48,315 nt of DNA, taken from Promethearchaeota archaeon Loki_b31. GTDB taxonomy: Archaea; Asgardarchaeota; Lokiarchaeia; Sigyniarchaeales; SOKP01. This document shows positions 16,031 through 25,505 of this stretch, one piece after another (position 1 is the stretch's first letter; the number at the start of each line of letters is the position of its first letter). The notes under the pieces were generated by a model. That model was not told the origin of the DNA. It worked only from the letters and a program-made list of their open reading frames with translations, and searched no databases. The translations under genes were made by a program, and so were the position numbers. The stretch covers positions 1 through 48,315 of the forward strand of contig NJBI01000024.1 of the NCBI GenBank assembly GCA_005222975.1. The letters are read 5' to 3'.

Positions 16031-17152
16031 TTATTTTTCATTATATTCTTTCACAAGTCGTACTAAGTCTGCTTTTCTATAAGAAGATCGCACTTTAATT
16101 TCATTTTTTTGGCAGAATTCCTTTAGTAGTTTTACCGTCCACTTGTTATAGTTAATCTCTTGTTCAGTAACACCTTGAGTGGGCCCGTGTTGAATAAGTT
16201 TTATAATATCTGCTTTTTTATACGACGAATGTATTTTTATGTCGTGTTCTTGGCAATATTGCTTCAAATCTTTTACTGTCCGTTTATTATAATCTAATTT
16301 GCTATCTTTTTCTTCAATTTGAAGAGCGCCAATTTTTTGAAGTATTTCTAATCCTTTAATTGTCCCATTTTCTCCATTGAAATAAATTCTTAAAGTGCGA
16401 TTATCTAACTCGACTACATCGTGAGGTAAGGAGTTAACGGGCTCCCAATCGACCTCTTCCACTTCTTTTCCGAAAATTTTTGCTTTCTTGATAACTGCTC
16501 CGTAAATTTCGAAGTTTCCCAAAATCAAATTTTGACGCTTAAAATTAGCTGGGACTTCATTTGCTATAATCTTTTCGATTCTTTTCTTAGTATCTAATTC
16601 GGGAGGTTTAATAATGTCTTTGCTTTTTGGCGTTATTGCTTTATCGGATTCTTTTACTTGTTTGATAATTGTATTATTAGCTTTTAAAGCAGGAGGAGGT
16701 CCCCCCCATTGATAAACTTTCTTTTCTATAGTTTTAGAAGTGATACTCGTAGAAACAAGTTGAATCTGTCCAAATTCGCTTTTATTAGCTTCCAAGATTT
16801 CTGGAATTTCTGTTGATTCAAAATCAAACGCTCTCAAAAAATCGCTTGGTTCGTCTCCTTGGTCGACCGAAATTATCTTACACCTATGAAAGTGACCATT
16901 AACGACTAAATCGTTTTGTAATTGTGCTGCGACTTGCGACGCAATAAATTTTTTTCTAACGGGGGACTTAACGCCCTTCCAAATATATATTCTCCTCAAC
17001 CCTTCTTTTACGATAACTAGTACTTGGTAAGGATTTAATATGTTCGTTCCATTATTAGCGCGAAAATCTTCTTCTGTTATATCTAACTTTATTTTTTCGC
17101 CAGTACTTTCTAATCCATAAATCATAAAGTTCTCATAAGTTTCAGACATCAT
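16031..17152 (-). CDS. Gelsolin-domain protein with two C-terminal SAP/Rho-N-like (HeH) repeats
   Basis: VLVIVKEGLRRIYIWKGVKSPVRKKFIAS...VDQGDEPSDFL is gelsolin/villin-repeat-like. C-terminal repeats YNKRTVKDLKQYCQEHDIKIHSSYKKADIIKLI and YNKWTVKLLKEFCQKNEIKVRSSYRKADLVRLV. Confidence 0.75.
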   Translation of the reverse strand: MMSETYENFMIYGLESTGEKIKLDITEEDFRANNGTNILNPYQVLVIVKEGLRRIYIWKGVKSPVRKKFIASQVAAQLQNDLVVNGHFHRCKIISVDQGDEPSDFLRAFDFESTEIPEILEANKSEFGQIQLVSTSITSKTIEKKVYQWGGPPPALKANNTIIKQVKESDKAITPKSKDIIKPPELDTKKRIEKIIANEVPANFKRQNLILGNFEIYGAVIKKAKIFGKEVEEVDWEPVNSLPHDVVELDNRTLRIYFNGENGTIKGLEILQKIGALQIEEKDSKLDYNKRTVKDLKQYCQEHDIKIHSSYKKADIIKLIQHGPTQGVTEQEINYNKWTVKLLKEFCQKNEIKVRSSYRKADLVRLVKEYNEK

Positions 17153-17310
17153 TAATTACGATTCTTTTTTTTTTCTTAAAAACAAAATAACTCTAATGAA
17201 TTTTAAAATTAACCTCTTTTTGAAGGACGATAAATAACTTTTAACTTTTTTTTGCTAGATTAATCATCTAGTATTAACATATAAAATTATTCAAATAGAG
17301 AGTCTTATAA

Positions 17311-18699
17311 TTGAACTACCACTACCTAAATGTAGTGGATTCGTAATTCATCGAGAATTGCTGACTCAACATCAGTCTTATATCCTCTCCAAACGCAGAA
17401 ACGGTAGTCCCTACCGCCTTATCATTATTATAAATGATCGCAATATTGTTTTCTTCTAAAATCTTTAATCCTTCAGTCTTTATATTAATGGAAGCATTAA
17501 TATCTCTGTAGTGATGTCTATTACACTTAGGACACGTCCATTCTTTATCACTTAGTTTCAGTTCTAAGTTTTTAAACCCACATTGAGAACAGAGCTTAGA
17601 AAATAACGACCTATCAATATCAAATGTTTTCCTTTTGATTCCATTTTATATCTTAATATAGAGACGAATTGATACCAAGAAAAGTCTAAAGTTATTGATT
17701 TAGAGACACTTGAATTAAATCGTTTCATCCCTTCAATATTTAGATTCTCTAAAACAACACATTCAAAATGTTTACTGAGAAGATGAGTGATCTTATGAAT
17801 CCAGTCCCTTTTTCTATTAGCTATTTTTTTATACTCTTTAGCCAATTCAATCCTTGTCCGATTTCGATTTTTAGATCCCTTCTTCTTTTTGCTAACTTCT
17901 CTATGGTATCTCTTTAGCTTGGACTCCTTTTTCCTATAAAACCGGGGACTTGAGAGCTCAAATTCTTTTGTTATCAGAAACTTAGAAGCACTCATATCAA
18001 ACCCAATAATTTTATTCTCTTCTAGAATTTGCTTAGGAGATATAGTATTATCAATCTCTATTAGGATTGAAGCAAAATACTTACCTGATCTGGACTTAGA
18101 AACTGTTATATGCCTTATCTTTTCATTAAAAACTCTGTCATCCTTATACTTGATCCAAGTCCTGATCTTGGGTAATTTTAATATCTTTTTTTTAAAATCT
18201 ATCTTACAATTATTATTTATGTTATATGTGGTATAAGATTGCCTATTTTTTTTAGATTTAAATTTAGGATATCCGACATATCGTATAGTCTTCTTTTGTC
18301 TTCTCTCTTTTATATTTTTAAAGAAATTTTCATAGGCGGAGTTTAAATGCCTCCATTCAGATTGCAATGCCTTCGCATCTACTTCTTTTAGAAAAGGACT
18401 TTCTTCCTTAAATTCTTTCTCAGTTTTATATTTATAGTTATAGAGTTCTTCTTTATTTTCCTTTAATTCTTGATAAATCGTCTTTCTTTCTTCTAACATT
18501 TTGTTATACACAAATCTACAACAGCCAAAAGTCTTATCTAAAAGCTCTTTCTGTTCTTTGTTAGGATACAACCTAAATTTATAAGCTCTATTCACATTAA
18601 AAAATAAATTAAGAATGTTTTTAAAAAATATGCCTTAATAGATTTAGTAATTGAGGTGTAAAACTCATCCAATCTATAAGGGAAGTGGCTTTCTTTTGC
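17311..18699 (-). mobile_element. IS200/IS605-family element carrying tnpB only (no tnpA, IS1341-like)
   Basis: Right end has the hairpin CCACTAC-ctaaat-GTAGTGG (17319-17338) and ends in TTCAA on the minus strand (17315-17311). The left end is approximate: a degenerate AAAGCCAC...TGGATGAG region preceded by TTTAA. Confidence 0.8.
17322..18595 (-). pseudogene. tnpB: TnpB RNA-guided endonuclease, frameshifted at about 17600
   Basis: N-terminal HTH (RAYKFRLYPNKEQ...FGCCRFVYN), RuvC-I (GFDM) and RuvC-II (VLENL). The frame breaks after GRYF. The shifted frame reads SKLCSQCG...WTCPKC...RDINASINI...ESTTFR-stop, giving the Zn finger and RuvC-III. Confidence 0.9.
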
Positions 18700-18863
18700 T
18701 TAAATGGTAAAATTACTTAAGCTAAAATCTCATCTATATAAAAAATACAAAATATTTTTAAGTATAATTTAATAGTCATCATCTATTTTACTTGATAAGT
18801 TTAGGGAATATTAAGTGCATTCTTGTCTTATTCTTCTTAAAAATAATTTAGGACTTTTAAAAT

Positions 18864-20054
18864 ATGACCGAAAATAGCAATAGAAAATTATTCAAATATC
18901 GAACATTAACGCCCTTATGGATTGCTATTTTCATTGATGTACTGGGGTTCACAATTTTCTTTCCTATGGTAGGTTTTTTCAGTGATCTCTTTAATACCTC
19001 TATGACGATGATCGGTTTAATATTCTCTGTTAATGCAATGTTCGGCTTTGTTTTTGGGCCAATTTTAGCAAAACTCAGCGATAAATATGGGAGAAGACCA
19101 TTACTTTTGGTTTCTCAATTCGGTACATGTTTAGCGTTTATATTAACCGCTTTTTCAAACTCAATATGGATGTTATTTTTAGCGCGCATGATTGATGGAA
19201 TGTTTGGAGGAAATTTTCCAATTGCTAAAGCTATCATTAGCGATAAAGTTCCACCAAAAGATAGAGGTATTCAAATGGCTAATGTTGGGATCGCCCATGT
19301 ATTAGCATCTCTAATAGGACCGGGAATTGGCGGTGTTCTTTTTACGTGGTTTGGTCTTTTAGGACCAGGATTATTTGCAGCCGGTCTAACAATAATTACA
19401 ATTATTGTTACGCTAGCTATGTTGGAAGAGACATGGCCGAAGGAAAAAAGAATTCAACCTCATGAAAGCAAAATTGAAGTTTTGCCTAAAATAATAAATA
19501 ATAAAAGCGCTCTTTATATTTTAGCTCTCTGGGGCTTTCATACAACTTCCTTTACTATTGTAATGTCTACCCTTTCCTTTTTCAGTGTTAGCGTTTTAAA
19601 TCTTACGCCAATCGACATTTCAATCTTATTTATGGCATCTGGAATATTTCGGGCAGGAATAAGATTTACTCTTTTTAAACCAACTATTAGGAAACTTGGG
19701 GAAGATAATGCTATACGCTTGGGTTTGGCTATTTTTCTAGTCTGCTTTTTCTTAGTGGGTTTTTCAACAAATATTTTTGGTATTTTTATTCTTTTCATGT
19801 TCATTAGCTTTGCCGCTTCCTTAACCCGGGGCCCTATGAATAGCAAAATTAGTCAAACAGTTTCACCAAAAGAACAAGGTAAAATAAATGGTATTTCTTC
19901 TGCTTTAGACAGTATTGCTCAAATTATTGGGCCATTATTAGGACCTTTCATACTTGATTCGCTCCCACCTTATTGGTTAGGGATTATTGTTGCAATTATT
20001 GCATTTCCGGCACTTGTTTTATCTTTCCAGAAAATTTTCACACATAAAAACTAA
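18864..20054 (+). CDS. MFS transporter (DHA1/TetA-like efflux)
   Basis: About 12 TM helices, motif A LSDKYGRRP, and ARMIDG. Confidence 0.92.
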   Translation: MTENSNRKLFKYRTLTPLWIAIFIDVLGFTIFFPMVGFFSDLFNTSMTMIGLIFSVNAMFGFVFGPILAKLSDKYGRRPLLLVSQFGTCLAFILTAFSNSIWMLFLARMIDGMFGGNFPIAKAIISDKVPPKDRGIQMANVGIAHVLASLIGPGIGGVLFTWFGLLGPGLFAAGLTIITIIVTLAMLEETWPKEKRIQPHESKIEVLPKIINNKSALYILALWGFHTTSFTIVMSTLSFFSVSVLNLTPIDISILFMASGIFRAGIRFTLFKPTIRKLGEDNAIRLGLAIFLVCFFLVGFSTNIFGIFILFMFISFAASLTRGPMNSKISQTVSPKEQGKINGISSALDSIAQIIGPLLGPFILDSLPPYWLGIIVAIIAFPALVLSFQKIFTHKN

Positions 20055-20080
20055 ATAAATGAAAAATTAGATTATAAAGT

Positions 20081-20932
20081 TTAATTCTTTAGAAAGTCTA
20101 TGATATATTGATTTATTTCTGGTGCTTTCTCTAAAGGAGAACCATGTCCTGCTTTTTCGATTACAATTAATTTACTATTTGGTATTTTTTCATGGATTTT
20201 TTCACTCAACATCTTTGGCAAAGTACGATCATGAGTGGCTGTAATTATCAGACTTTCACTCTTAATAGTGTGTAATTTATTTAATACATTATAATGCATA
20301 AGGGCATTGGTTTGATTTTCACTATCTTGTGGTGTTGATGGGTCATTAATCATTTCTTTCATCATATCCTCAGCAGAAAATAATCCATGAAATTTCTTTT
20401 TAGGATTTTCTTGTAGCATTTTTTTAAAATTACGAGAAAACCCTGAGATACCATATTCCCAAAACGCTTTTTCAGGATCTTTTAAAATGGCATTATATTT
20501 AGTAATTTTATTTCTTTTATACATCTCAATTCCGCTTGGATTACTTGGGAAACTAGGAGTTGTATTTATTAAAATTAATTTATTTATTCTATTAGGATAG
20601 TTTATTGCAAAAGTTTGTGCGATCATACCTCCTAATGAAGAACCTAATATATGCGCTTTCTCTATTTTAAGATACTCCATTAAAGCATTTGTATCATCTG
20701 CGAAAATTTCCATTAGATATGGTTCATTTGGGTGATCGGATTTCCCGGCACCTCTATTATCGAAAATTATTATTTTAAATTTTTCTGATAAAGTATCCAC
20801 TTGAGCTAATTTCCAATCATTTTTAGTAGTTCCAAATCCATGAATTAAAATAAGAGGATCACCATCCCCCCGAATTTCATAACAAATTTTGACTCCTTTT
20901 AAATCAGCATATTCTTCAGTCATAATTTCCAC
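20081..20932 (-). CDS. Alpha/beta hydrolase (enol-lactonase/lipase-like)
   Basis: Motifs LIHGFG, FDNRGAGKS, the GSSLGG nucleophile elbow, HD and AGH. Confidence 0.92.
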   Translation of the reverse strand: MEIMTEEYADLKGVKICYEIRGDGDPLILIHGFGTTKNDWKLAQVDTLSEKFKIIIFDNRGAGKSDHPNEPYLMEIFADDTNALMEYLKIEKAHILGSSLGGMIAQTFAINYPNRINKLILINTTPSFPSNPSGIEMYKRNKITKYNAILKDPEKAFWEYGISGFSRNFKKMLQENPKKKFHGLFSAEDMMKEMINDPSTPQDSENQTNALMHYNVLNKLHTIKSESLIITATHDRTLPKMLSEKIHEKIPNSKLIVIEKAGHGSPLEKAPEINQYIIDFLKN

Positions 20933-21084
20933 AATAATCTCTATTTAATAATTATTTTATCAAGGGATCAGTTCTATTTAAGATTTTTTGCTAAGAAATA
21001 TTCATTTAAAAATTAATTTTAAAAATGATTCTACTTTAAAATCATTACTTTTATTATACTTTTTTCATATAATAGGTAATTTCT

Positions 21085-21846
21085 ATGGAAGAAAGAAAAG
21101 TATTAATCCCCCGTATGAATGGGAATGATCTTCATGGAGTATATTTTATAGCATCAGAAGAAAACAATTCTACAAAACCTCCCATCCTTATAATGTGTCA
21201 TGGTTTTACAGGTGATAAATACGAGTGGGGGCGCTTTCCTGAAACAGCTAAAGCTTTAAATAAAGAAGGTTATGATGCACTTATCTTTGATTTCTCGGGC
21301 TCTGGTGAAAATAAAAGAGAGACTATTAATTTATCAAAACAAGCCTCTGATCTAGAAAAGGTTTATGAATGGATCAGAAATCAAGGATATTCAAGAATTG
21401 CTGTATTAGGTCTTTCATTTGGCGGTCAGACGGTATTAAAAGCAAGTTTACCTGGAATTATAACATACATATTTTGGGCTCCTTTCTTTTTACTTCACAC
21501 AGGAGGGGATCAAGCTGAGTGGTTTAAGGATTTAGATAAGGGTCCCGTAGAAATTCCATCATCTGGAGAAGGAGAACCTGTCATAATAGATATGAGTTTT
21601 ATGACGGAGATTGCTAAATTTCGAGTAAGACCTGCTTTAAAGAAATTAGATCTCCCAACTCTTATAGTCCAAGGCACTAAGGACGAAAAAGTCCCTTTGG
21701 AATTGACAAAGAAAGCATTCAGTTTGATGCCTCAAGATAACAATCATAAGTTAGTAGAAGTTCAAAACGCAACTCATGATTTTGAAAAAAAACACTTACA
21801 AGAATTTATTAAGGAAACAGTAAGTTGGTTGAAAAAGTATCTATGA
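21085..21846 (+). CDS. Alpha/beta hydrolase (esterase/peptidase S9-like)
   Basis: Motifs CHGFTG, FDFSGSGE, GLSFGG, QGTKDEKVP and ATHDF. Confidence 0.9.
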   Translation: MEERKVLIPRMNGNDLHGVYFIASEENNSTKPPILIMCHGFTGDKYEWGRFPETAKALNKEGYDALIFDFSGSGENKRETINLSKQASDLEKVYEWIRNQGYSRIAVLGLSFGGQTVLKASLPGIITYIFWAPFFLLHTGGDQAEWFKDLDKGPVEIPSSGEGEPVIIDMSFMTEIAKFRVRPALKKLDLPTLIVQGTKDEKVPLELTKKAFSLMPQDNNHKLVEVQNATHDFEKKHLQEFIKETVSWLKKYL

Positions 21847-21942
21847 GTTATGAAATAAATTATTAATCTTTCTTTCAATTATTTTAAAAAAATTTTAAAA
21901 TCTTTGTTTGATTTCTCTACCATTTTCATTTATTGTTAACCT

Positions 21943-23991
21943 TTATCTATAAAACTCTTTTACGATTATTTGGCAAAATTTCAGCATTTTGTTGCCTAAC
22001 TCTAATTCGTTTCGAGAACTTGTTAGTATCCAATCTTTCCCATACATTTTGTTCAAATATTCACCTTGGGAATCTATAGAAAACGCAAATATTTTGAAGC
22101 GTTTTCTAACATCATGAATATCGGGTATCGCATCAAACAAGCTATATCCCCCATTTGCCGAGGGTTGCCCATCTGATACGACTATTATAATATCTTTCTT
22201 TTCCAATCTTTCAGACTCGTGTTTTATTGAAATTCCATCTAAATTTTGACGAGAAGTATAGTGAAAACCAAACTTATCAAAGTAATTAAGTTTAAGAGGC
22301 TCGTTAAAATCCTTCACCAAAATATTTAAAGCGTCATATCCACCTGTAAACAAAACTATTCTAATTTTCGCCAAATCTTCAAGTGCTTCATACAACATTA
22401 CCATTGCTATTTTTGCTGCTCGAATTTTAACACCTTTCATACTCCCACTAATATCTACTATTAGTAGCAACCTCAATTCTTTCTTTATTATTTTTCTTGT
22501 AAAGCATTGCTTAAATTGATAATCACTGGTAATTGCCTTTATAAATTTGTTATTTAGCCTCCCTTTCTTTTGAAATGTATCAACTGCAGCTTTATTTTTC
22601 AAATCAGCAAAAATTGATTTCATTTTTTTGATTATCCCATGATATTTAGCTTTAATTTGGACATAAGTCATAGTATCAGGACACATTTTCTGACTTTCAA
22701 TTGTAACATCGATTACTTTTCTTTCACGTTCACACTTACTTGGACTAATAAAATATTTACCGCCCCCTAAAATCAATAGTCGTTCTTTCATAGCATCATC
22801 CGCGTTCTTAACAAGTTTTCTAATTTCTTTTATGAATTTATCTTTTTTTCTTTCATTGTTAATGGAGATATGGTCTTCTTTCTTTGGTTTTAAATCATCC
22901 AAATTAAATTTTTTTTTAATGAGATCATTAAGTTCATCATCTTGAGAACTATTTTTAATTTTTTTATTAGATTCCTTTAGATCTTCACTTTTATTGCTTT
23001 TACCATGTTCCTTATCTATTTTTTCATCTCCTTTTCCGTTCTTTTTCTTTTTACCTTTATTTTGATTCTTATATTTTCCTTTACTGCTTTTTTCTCCATT
23101 AGGATTTAATTCTTCAGTAAGGTCCTCTAAATCGTACAAATCCTCGGGACATAACTTAGTGTTTTTTAGCTTTTCTATGAGATTTTCGCTTATTTTATCT
23201 AAGTCTGTTTTTTCTTTTTTTTTTTTATTTCGAGCATTTATTTCCATGTAGTTGATAGTATTCATTTGAGGATGGGGGTTCATATTAGGATTAGGTTTAA
23301 TATTAGGATTGGGATTACCTCTCTTTTGTGTCGAACTCGAATTTTTTTCAGGGAAATACTTTTTGAGAATGTTGCATAACACATCACACGAAATAATAGA
23401 TGCACTAGGGTTTAACGACTTTAAAAGAAATTTTTTAACCTTCAAAATTCCTTTCCAATCTTTTTCACTTAGATTAAACATTCCTAAAGATGGTTTTTTT
23501 TGGAACTCGTCGAAATCTTCCATATACAAATTGATATATAATAATATGTCATTGTTCGATTTATTCGATGATTTAATTCGTGGTAACATCTTACATGTTA
23601 ACTCCCTCAAATTTCTATAAAAACCAGGGAATTTTTTATCATTTATACCATTAATTCTTACATCTTCAACGACGTTAATTAAATTTTTAATAAAGAGCGG
23701 TGGTAATTTATATTTTTTAGCAAGGCCATCAATCAATTTTATCAATCCTAGTTCAAATGAACCGTATCCTATGTGACCGCTTTCGTGAGCAACAAGTCCT
23801 TGGGCCGCTTTTATATCCTCTTTAAATTTGTTAGGTAAATATATAAATTTGCAATCAGTATAAACCGCAGGAATATTGCCTATATACTGTATCATTATAT
23901 CCTTGTTTCCACTAATTCTTTTTCCAATATTAGTTAAAGCTAATACATCGGAAGTAAAATCCCTTTCAAATAGGTCTATTAATTCAGTCAA
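21943..23991 (-). CDS. VWA-domain protein (CobT/NorD-like MoxR partner) with an N-terminal HExxH motif
   Basis: AHESGHIGY and NVVEDVRI at the N-terminus, a low-complexity NP/K-rich linker, and the MIDAS motifs VDISGSM and VSDGQP. Confidence 0.85.
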   Translation of the reverse strand: MTELIDLFERDFTSDVLALTNIGKRISGNKDIMIQYIGNIPAVYTDCKFIYLPNKFKEDIKAAQGLVAHESGHIGYGSFELGLIKLIDGLAKKYKLPPLFIKNLINVVEDVRINGINDKKFPGFYRNLRELTCKMLPRIKSSNKSNNDILLYINLYMEDFDEFQKKPSLGMFNLSEKDWKGILKVKKFLLKSLNPSASIISCDVLCNILKKYFPEKNSSSTQKRGNPNPNIKPNPNMNPHPQMNTINYMEINARNKKKKEKTDLDKISENLIEKLKNTKLCPEDLYDLEDLTEELNPNGEKSSKGKYKNQNKGKKKKNGKGDEKIDKEHGKSNKSEDLKESNKKIKNSSQDDELNDLIKKKFNLDDLKPKKEDHISINNERKKDKFIKEIRKLVKNADDAMKERLLILGGGKYFISPSKCERERKVIDVTIESQKMCPDTMTYVQIKAKYHGIIKKMKSIFADLKNKAAVDTFQKKGRLNNKFIKAITSDYQFKQCFTRKIIKKELRLLLIVDISGSMKGVKIRAAKIAMVMLYEALEDLAKIRIVLFTGGYDALNILVKDFNEPLKLNYFDKFGFHYTSRQNLDGISIKHESERLEKKDIIIVVSDGQPSANGGYSLFDAIPDIHDVRKRFKIFAFSIDSQGEYLNKMYGKDWILTSSRNELELGNKMLKFCQIIVKEFYR

Positions 23992-24044
23992 ATCGATTAC
24001 GCAGCTTTTTAATTTGATTTTAGGTAATTTACATATGTTTTAAG

Positions 24045-25277
24045 TTATAAAACAGGATATATATTTTTCATAAACTTCTTTAAATCTTCGGGTTTTTGTT
24101 GATATATCCACTTTATATAACTTAAAGTTATATTTCCGTTGTAAATGTAGTCTTTTCCTGTTTGTTGTTTGTATTGTGTATGTAAGCTTAGAATCTCTGT
24201 CAGTTGAAAATAATTTTGTAAAGTTTCCCTTTTATTTAACCACATCCATTGAATCAATTTCCACATTATATTTCCGTTATGTCTAAACGCATTTGATCGA
24301 CCATATTTACTAATATAATTAGTAAAACATGCTTTAGTATTAGTAAGTAGTTGGTCGAGTGAATCTTTATCTAACTTACATTCCCAGCTCATTAATGTTG
24401 TCTTTTTTCTAATTAATTCTTCCTTTAACTTGGTCTCGAACATCTTTCCATCAAGAATCATGGCGATACTTTTCTTTTCTTCAGTATTAGTTCCGAGTTT
24501 ATTGATAATTACATTTTCGATGTTATGTTTTAAGTATTTAGGGGGCATCAGAGAAATTACCATGCAGAAATTTACTACTAAGCGAGTTGAGAATATTTTT
24601 GTTATCGAATAATCCTGAATCGCCTGTTTCCTAATTTGGCGGGCAGCATCTACAACAATCTCTGCAATCTTTTTCTTACATCCCGAGATTTTGCTCGCAA
24701 TATCAATTTCTTTGTTTTTTAACGGATAAGATATTTCAGGGGATATGATAAAGCGGTCTTCAAAAGCCTCTTGTAATTTATTAATACCAATAACTCCTTT
24801 ATTCATAGTTCCTATAATGATTAATTTACTTTCAGAATTTAATTCGTGTTTTTCAAAGCCTTTTGAAATTAAGTTGATATGATTTTCAGATAAATGAGAA
24901 TTTAGCGATATTTGTTCATTTTCGCGAATAGCGTTAATTTCATTAATAATAATAAAAGCTATTCCCTCATTATTTGCATCCTTAATGGCTAAAGTAAGAG
25001 GCCCATAATTAAATTTAGTATCGCCCTTTAAAAGTTCCCAATTACCTTCGATATCTCTTCTATCAAGGTCAGGTGACCCGTCAATAATATAGTAAGAAGC
25101 TTTATATGCCTTAGCAAGCGAGATTGCTAATAGGGTCTTTCTTGTACCCGGTGGACCTTGTAGTAAAATTCCGACGCAATTGCCCTTTTCGAGAGAGTCG
25201 ATTAAGCTTTTTAAATAATCAAATTCGTCTTTTTGTTGGATATATTCAATTTTTTTTTTTGAAATAGAATCAGATAT
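24045..25277 (-). pseudogene. MoxR/CbbQ-type AAA+ ATPase (410 codons) lacking a canonical start and with altered Walker motifs
   Basis: The frame stays open 157 codons upstream of the track's ATG 24806, back to an ATA at 25277 behind a GGAGG RBS. It reads ILLQGPPGTRKTLLA...FIIINEINAI...IIGTMN...LQEAFEDRF...FSTR. It may be a functional CDS with a non-canonical start. Confidence 0.7.
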
Positions 25278-25505
25278 AATTTTCCCCCTCCTTTTTATGT
25301 TATTAGATGTAATTTTTTAATTGATTATTAGATTTCTTTAGAATTATGTTATAAAGCATAATTTTAGCTGTGAATAACTAAAATTTACCGATTTTCGGTC
25401 TTTTGTAATTAAATTATATTTTTAGTCCATATATAAATGGTATCTCTACCCAGAATTTCATTAAAAAAACCTTTATAAAGGAATTTTTTTTAAAAACCCT
25501 TAGTT

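Noticed and set aside
18596-18863. Possible tnpA remnant upstream of tnpB
   Set aside because: Only about 100 bp lie between tnpB and the putative left end, with no HUH motif or ORF.
25470-25481. Palindrome CCTTTATAAAGG downstream of amrS
   Set aside because: It is short, AT-rich and single-copy, and cannot be distinguished from chance or a terminator-associated sequence.
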